The notes under the pieces are model-generated. The model was not told the DNA's origin. It did not search any database and was given only the letters and a program-made list of their open reading frames with translations. DNA of 64,000 nt. Source: an uncultured Gemmatimonadota bacterium. GTDB lineage: Bacteria > SM23-81 > DAOVCL01. The DNA lies in the NCBI GenBank assembly GCA_964626665.1, contig CAZVGK010000013.1, positions 1 to 64,000 on the forward strand, in the 5' to 3' direction. Made by a program: the position numbers and the translations under genes. Within the stretch, counting starts at the first letter, position 1. Every line of letters begins with the position of its first letter. Positions 60,601 to 64,000 of the stretch are shown one piece after another.

Positions 60601-60733
60601 TCACTGAGTCCCGGCCAAAATAGGTGCGCAGGGAATCGGCATTTTGCAGGATAAGAGGCTCTTCGGAGGAAAAGCCGAGGATGGGGAAAAGGAGAATTAA
60701 GATGGAAGTAAAGATTTTGTTAAGTGGATTCAT
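57659..60733 (-). CDS. lptD: LPS-assembly protein LptD-like with OstA repeats
   Basis: OstA-like N-terminus, FTTCDLDTPHY, RDLHCWE. Confidence 0.8.
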   Translation of the reverse strand: MNPLNKIFTSILILLFPILGFSSEEPLILQNADSLRTYFGRDSVITYLKGDVRFRQGETSLRSNEATWFKNQRMVVFKGEVKLTDGETTIWADKATYFKDEQRALAEGWVKGWDEENQTKLTCGRMEYWRREGRILATGNPLLETIEEEGARTTVQADSIELFPQENKGEAKGDVSIRRGELEATSGYGLFLFKEERIILRESPVILQEAKRLTGRRMEIRVEDRRPKKVFVWGDAKGEFEDRDQRGRVSEWGWVTGKRMNITITEDRLEAIKVEGNSRSFYFSPPDTGLGGENRASSDSCRVDFSGGRANQVRMWGGVEGTYLSPSQEGGVDTVRYRAQSIVYSQGKIDLVGGAQIEYASYKLEADSIEYALDSKILEAQGGPVFWDGNQELRGVRMAYNLETGRGKVRYGESNYEQGIYRGEEIVEVNPEVILVEGGRFTTCDLDTPHYHFWSKKMKIIPKDKVIAQPVVLYIADLPVAAIPFCVFPIKPGRHSGLLTFDLGVWDVSQRFVRNLGYYFAPSPYWDATLSLDYYEETGLLLKGQARYALRYRLEGQVGGSWNREGKRVGSELPHRQRWDLNFRHYQDLSPTWKLTANGFFISDKSYYSNIGFHPQERMNRSLHSHLALSKRWETSSLNIGLDRYQNLFDLDGDGVIDLDEITQSLPSMRYSYPSSPIFKGEEGEKGWYQNIYLSFSSYLLNYSHKTGGKTDSHSGLDNRLSFTGPQKLRWLTLSPSFNLRHTWWDKDKEGKSFVHNTTYDLSLRANTTIYGIFLPHWGRITGFRHILKPSLSYSWKPKFKDQERFYSFGGIGPSAGERKVLGMSLNNIFQMKWGKEKPKKVELATLNLSTGYNFKALNRKWSYLNSNLRVRPFRGLGITLTSTYDLYSSQGELTLPHLKSLSLTTNLSLSGWEGEGKGRRPWRFGLSHHIYRMKGSPSKTNWLSGNLSLNLTPNWRVSYQARYDFVERKLTSQSFKFHRDLHCWEAWLYWIPTGFRKGYYFRVNIKALPEIKVEKGKGIRGIF

Positions 60734-60739
60734 CTGAGG

Positions 60740-61681
60740 TCAGGGTTTAAGGATGAGGGAAGCAGCCCCAATCAGGCCGGCATCCTCCCCCAAGAGGGTG
60801 GGAACGACCCTCACCTTTTGGATCTCTCGATTTATCGCCCTCTCGGCCAGGGTCCTTCTCATCGGCCCAAAGATGAGCTCACCGGCCTGGGCAACCCCTC
60901 CTCCCACGATGATCAACTTTGGATTGAGCAGGTTTACCGCACCGGAGAGGGCGGCACCGATTATCTCCCCTGTCTCCTGAAATACCTCTTTGGCCAGGTC
61001 ATCTCCCCTTTGGGCCGCCTCTGCTATAAGCTTTGGGGTAATTATACCATCTTTATTAAGAGGGGGAAGGATGCTTTGAGGATTATCCCTCAGTTTCGTT
61101 TGCGCCCTCTCGATTATATATTTTGCCCCTACATACCTCTCCAAGCAGCCATAGTTGCCACACCTACAGCGGGGGCCAAATATGTTCACCGGCAGATGGC
61201 CGATCTCCCCTGCCCCACCCTTGCTGCCGGTAAAGAGCTTCCCATCGAGGATCAAGCCACCGCCTACGCCGGTGCCCAGGGTTATGCATATCAAGTCCTT
61301 CACCCCTTTTCCTGCCCCAAAATGGAGCTCGCCCAGGGCGGCGGCATTGACATCGTTGGCCACCTCTAACTGGAGACTTAGCCTTTTCTCCAGTTCCTTT
61401 TTTACATTAACTTCCTTCCACCCTATGAGGTTCGGAGGATCCCTTACTATGCCCAGTTCCACCAGGCCTGGACAGCCAACCCCTAAACCGTTAACCTCCT
61501 CCCCCTGGTTTAGCACCTGGACCAAATTGGCTATCTGATCCAAGATCCTCTCAGGCCCCTCCTGGGCCTGGGTCTGGATGCTAAGTCTTCTAAGGATTTG
61601 CCCATTTTGGTTGACTACCCCACCCTTGATGTTTGTCCCCCCCAAGTCTACTCCAATGGCTAATTGTCTCTCTTCCTCCAA
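60740..61681 (-). CDS. ROK family glucokinase
   Basis: DLGGT, NDVNAAALGE, GTGVGGG, EIGH, CRCGNYGCLE. Confidence 0.92.
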   Translation of the reverse strand: MEEERQLAIGVDLGGTNIKGGVVNQNGQILRRLSIQTQAQEGPERILDQIANLVQVLNQGEEVNGLGVGCPGLVELGIVRDPPNLIGWKEVNVKKELEKRLSLQLEVANDVNAAALGELHFGAGKGVKDLICITLGTGVGGGLILDGKLFTGSKGGAGEIGHLPVNIFGPRCRCGNYGCLERYVGAKYIIERAQTKLRDNPQSILPPLNKDGIITPKLIAEAAQRGDDLAKEVFQETGEIIGAALSGAVNLLNPKLIIVGGGVAQAGELIFGPMRRTLAERAINREIQKVRVVPTLLGEDAGLIGAASLILKP

Positions 61682-61697
61682 TTTTCCTCTCCCCTCA

Positions 61698-62136
61698 AGA
61701 TTGTAAATTGAAAGTTGTAAATATCAAATTTGAAATTGCTCATTGCCTTTTCTTCGCCGTTATTACCGATTTTCCAATAATTTTACTAATTCGTTCAGTC
61801 TCCTTTAAGGCTTCTTCGAACTCTGCTCCTCCCAAAATTTGGGAACGTTGGATTAGTTTTAACCAATACATTGATTCCCGAGTTTCTTTCAGAACAATAT
61901 GCAGTTTGTGGATAAAATCTGCTCTACTTTGAGCACCTCGAGCTTCCTCATAATTGGCACCAACAGATGTTCCTGAACGCAACAATTGATTCCCTATATG
62001 CTTACCGATTGCCGTCTTATTTAACCTGGCGCAGATTTTGATGATCGCCACGCCATAATCAAGCAATCGCTCAGATATTTGAGCAGCCTTATCTTCCATT
62101 TTGCAATTTAAAATTTTCAATTTGCAATTTGCAATA
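61698..62136. mobile_element. Four-helix-bundle cassette with inverted heptamer arrays
   Basis: Coding strand: ATTGCAA ATTGCAA ATTGAAA ATTTTAA ATTGCAA before ATG; TTTCAAA TTTGATA TTTACAA CTTTCAA TTTACAA after the stop. Confidence 0.7.
61740..62099 (-). CDS. Four helix bundle protein
   Basis: ERLLDYGVAII, QLLRSGTSVGANYEEARGAQSRADFIHKLHIVLKETRESMYWL. Confidence 0.93.
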   Translation of the reverse strand: MEDKAAQISERLLDYGVAIIKICARLNKTAIGKHIGNQLLRSGTSVGANYEEARGAQSRADFIHKLHIVLKETRESMYWLKLIQRSQILGGAEFEEALKETERISKIIGKSVITAKKRQ

Positions 62137-62137
62137 C

Positions 62138-62614
62138 CTAAGTTGTCTCCCCCTCTGCGAGATCCAACCAGCCAAACTTGGCCTCGAGTTTCTGATCCCT
62201 GGAGGTATAAGGCTTGAGGTCAAAGACCGGGCTCCTCTCGGCCATATCCAAACCTTCAACCTGGAGAAACCTGTCCTCCCTTTTCAGCAGCCTTACTACG
62301 GTAAGTCCCAGACGGTTTGGACGGTGTGGACTTCTGGTGGCGAAAATTCCCCTCTCCCGGTAGGGGTAATAAGGTGGATGAGCTGTCACCCTCTCCTCAT
62401 CGGAAAGGTGGAACCCCCAGATGACAAAAAGATGGGAGAAACCATCAATATCTCTCAGCCCCGGCTCATATTCCGGATAAACCTCAATCTCCCCCCGGAT
62501 CTTTCCGGAATCACCGATCTGTTCGGTGGTCCGAATACCCGAATGCACAATCCCTATCGGTTTGAGGATGAAATTGGTTGTGGTTTTAACTGAAACCAGC
62601 TTCCCTCTCTGCAT
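62138..62614 (-). CDS. trmO: TsaA/TrmO-like tRNA methyltransferase
   Basis: LKPIGIVHS, GFSHLFVIWGFH, GIFATRSPHRPNRLGLT, DLKPY. Confidence 0.85.
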   Translation of the reverse strand: MQRGKLVSVKTTTNFILKPIGIVHSGIRTTEQIGDSGKIRGEIEVYPEYEPGLRDIDGFSHLFVIWGFHLSDEERVTAHPPYYPYRERGIFATRSPHRPNRLGLTVVRLLKREDRFLQVEGLDMAERSPVFDLKPYTSRDQKLEAKFGWLDLAEGETT

Positions 62615-62771
62615 TCAGAGCTCCCGCCCTGCCAGATCCGATCAATCGGACGGCAACAACAATCCGTCAAAACTAAAATGCTCCTCCATCATCAGCATTC
62701 TTATGTCATTGCGAGCAAAGCGAAGCAATCTTATGTGCCGTCAGGGCTCCTGCCTTGACGAACTCCATGCC

Positions 62772-64000
62772 TTATCGGAGGATTACCATCTTCTTGGTCT
62801 TTTCCACCTTAGACCTATTACCTGTTACCTTTAACCTATAGAAATAGACCCCGCTTGCCACTTGCCTGCCTGAATCATCCCGCCCATCCCACTGGACCCG
62901 ATAATTGCCCCCAGGCTGTTCCTCATCCACTAAGGTCTTCACCTCCTGCCCTAAGATGTTGTAGAGCCTGAGGGTGGTGTGGTGCGGCCTGACCCCTGAC
63001 AACTGATAGCTGATTGCTGTAGTTGAATTGAACGGATTCGGATAGTTCTGGGACAGGGCAAAATTCTGGGGCAGACCAAAATCGTTATTCCTTGGCTCAT
63101 CCACTTTATCCCAATCCCAAGTGACAACTTTGGCATATATGTCCCAGCCCTTGGACCGCCGGGCATCCGTCCAGCTAAAGGTTATGATATCGTCATTAAG
63201 GGCTATTGAAGGACCCCATTGAATTGGGTTAGGGCCTGCAGGTTTTTGATTAACTAAATAGTTTATCCCCCAGCGAGTGCCATCGGAGTGGTATCTTTGG
63301 GCATAGATGTCACAGTCACTATTCCGATAATCATGCCAACAGATAATGAAATCATTTTCCCTACCGATTGCTATTGAGGAAGAGGACTGCCAATTTTCCC
63401 CTTCATCATCGTTCACCCGGAAGTTTGAGCCCAGTGTATCTCCCGAAATGCTGTACCGCTGAGCATAGATATCGGGAGAGCTATCTTCCCGGTAGTCATC
63501 CCAAGAGATGATGAAATTACCATCCGAACCCATTGACCCCCGGGGGTAAAGCTGATCACTTGTCCCCTCATTGTCATTCACCTGGAAATTCGAGCCCACT
63601 GTATCACCTAAATTGCTATATCGTTGGGCATAAATGTCCCAGTTACCATTACGCTCGTCCTCCCAACAGATGATGAAATTACCACTTCCATCCATTGCTA
63701 CCGAGGGATATTTTTGATCACTTGTTCCCACATTATCATTTACCTGGAAATTTCCACCTAGAGGGTTACCTAAACTGTCATATCGCTGAGCATAGATATC
63801 TGAATTTTCATCCCAATCGCCATTGCGCCTGTCGGCCCAACAGATGACGAAATTGCCACTCTCATCCATCGCTACCGAAGGCTCCTGTTGATAACTTGCT
63901 CCCTCATCATCATTCACCCGAAAGTTCCCCCCAAGTGTATCTCCTGAACTGTCATACCGCCGAGCATAGATGTCCAAGAAGACGTTGCGGCTATCCTCCC
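62772..64000 (-). CDS. Secreted repeat protein with FlgD/T9SS-like C-terminal domain (5' end outside the window)
   Basis: Repeats of DIYAQRY...NFxVND...Q..PSVAMD..GNF.I.W.D.R; FALSQNYPNPFN, WDGRD..G..VASGVYFY. Confidence 0.85.
   Translation of the reverse strand, partial: EDSRNVFLDIYARRYDSSGDTLGGNFRVNDDEGASYQQEPSVAMDESGNFVICWADRRNGDWDENSDIYAQRYDSLGNPLGGNFQVNDNVGTSDQKYPSVAMDGSGNFIICWEDERNGNWDIYAQRYSNLGDTVGSNFQVNDNEGTSDQLYPRGSMGSDGNFIISWDDYREDSSPDIYAQRYSISGDTLGSNFRVNDDEGENWQSSSSIAIGRENDFIICWHDYRNSDCDIYAQRYHSDGTRWGINYLVNQKPAGPNPIQWGPSIALNDDIITFSWTDARRSKGWDIYAKVVTWDWDKVDEPRNNDFGLPQNFALSQNYPNPFNSTTAISYQLSGVRPHHTTLRLYNILGQEVKTLVDEEQPGGNYRVQWDGRDDSGRQVASGVYFYRLKVTGNRSKVEKTKKMVILR

Noticed and set aside
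63200-64000. DNA repeats of about 150 bp
   Set aside because: They are explained by tandem protein repeats within the secreted protein.

Overview
Bacterial window, probably from an anaerobic FCB-superphylum-type lineage. This is an inference from FlgD/T9SS-like C-termini (QNYPNPFN...KKMVILR), LptD and DUF5686 proteins. From 5 to 47 kb lies a large acyl-CoA / branched-chain amino-acid metabolism cluster: MeaB, an HdrD-like protein, a large HdrA (HdrL-like), EtfAB, three acyl-CoA dehydrogenases, two B12 mutase large subunits (one ICM-type, one MCM-type) with one small subunit, two biotin carboxylase sets, Ald, a CoA-transferase, Mce, methionine gamma-lyase, an archaeal-type HMG-CoA synthase/thiolase/DUF35 trio, LiuBCD-like genes, crotonase, 3-hydroxyacyl-CoA dehydrogenase and a second thiolase. 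From 47 to 55 kb is a decayed integron-like island: an intI 3' fragment, three attC-like sites, a duplicated CAAX protease cassette, TA modules, broken type III-like RM genes and IS200/RAYT scraps. Envelope and housekeeping genes occupy 55-64 kb. The most striking unexplained structure is a family of cassettes bounded by INVERTED arrays of 7-9-bp tandem repeats sitting at operon gene junctions. Three carry an intact four-helix-bundle (IVS-protein/Avd-like) gene, each with its own repeat unit. Others are decayed or empty, one arm is read in frame inside an Fe-S protein, and one remnant abuts a broken methylase. Many nested REP/MITE palindromes are also present. All calls come from reading the sequence; no database searches were run.
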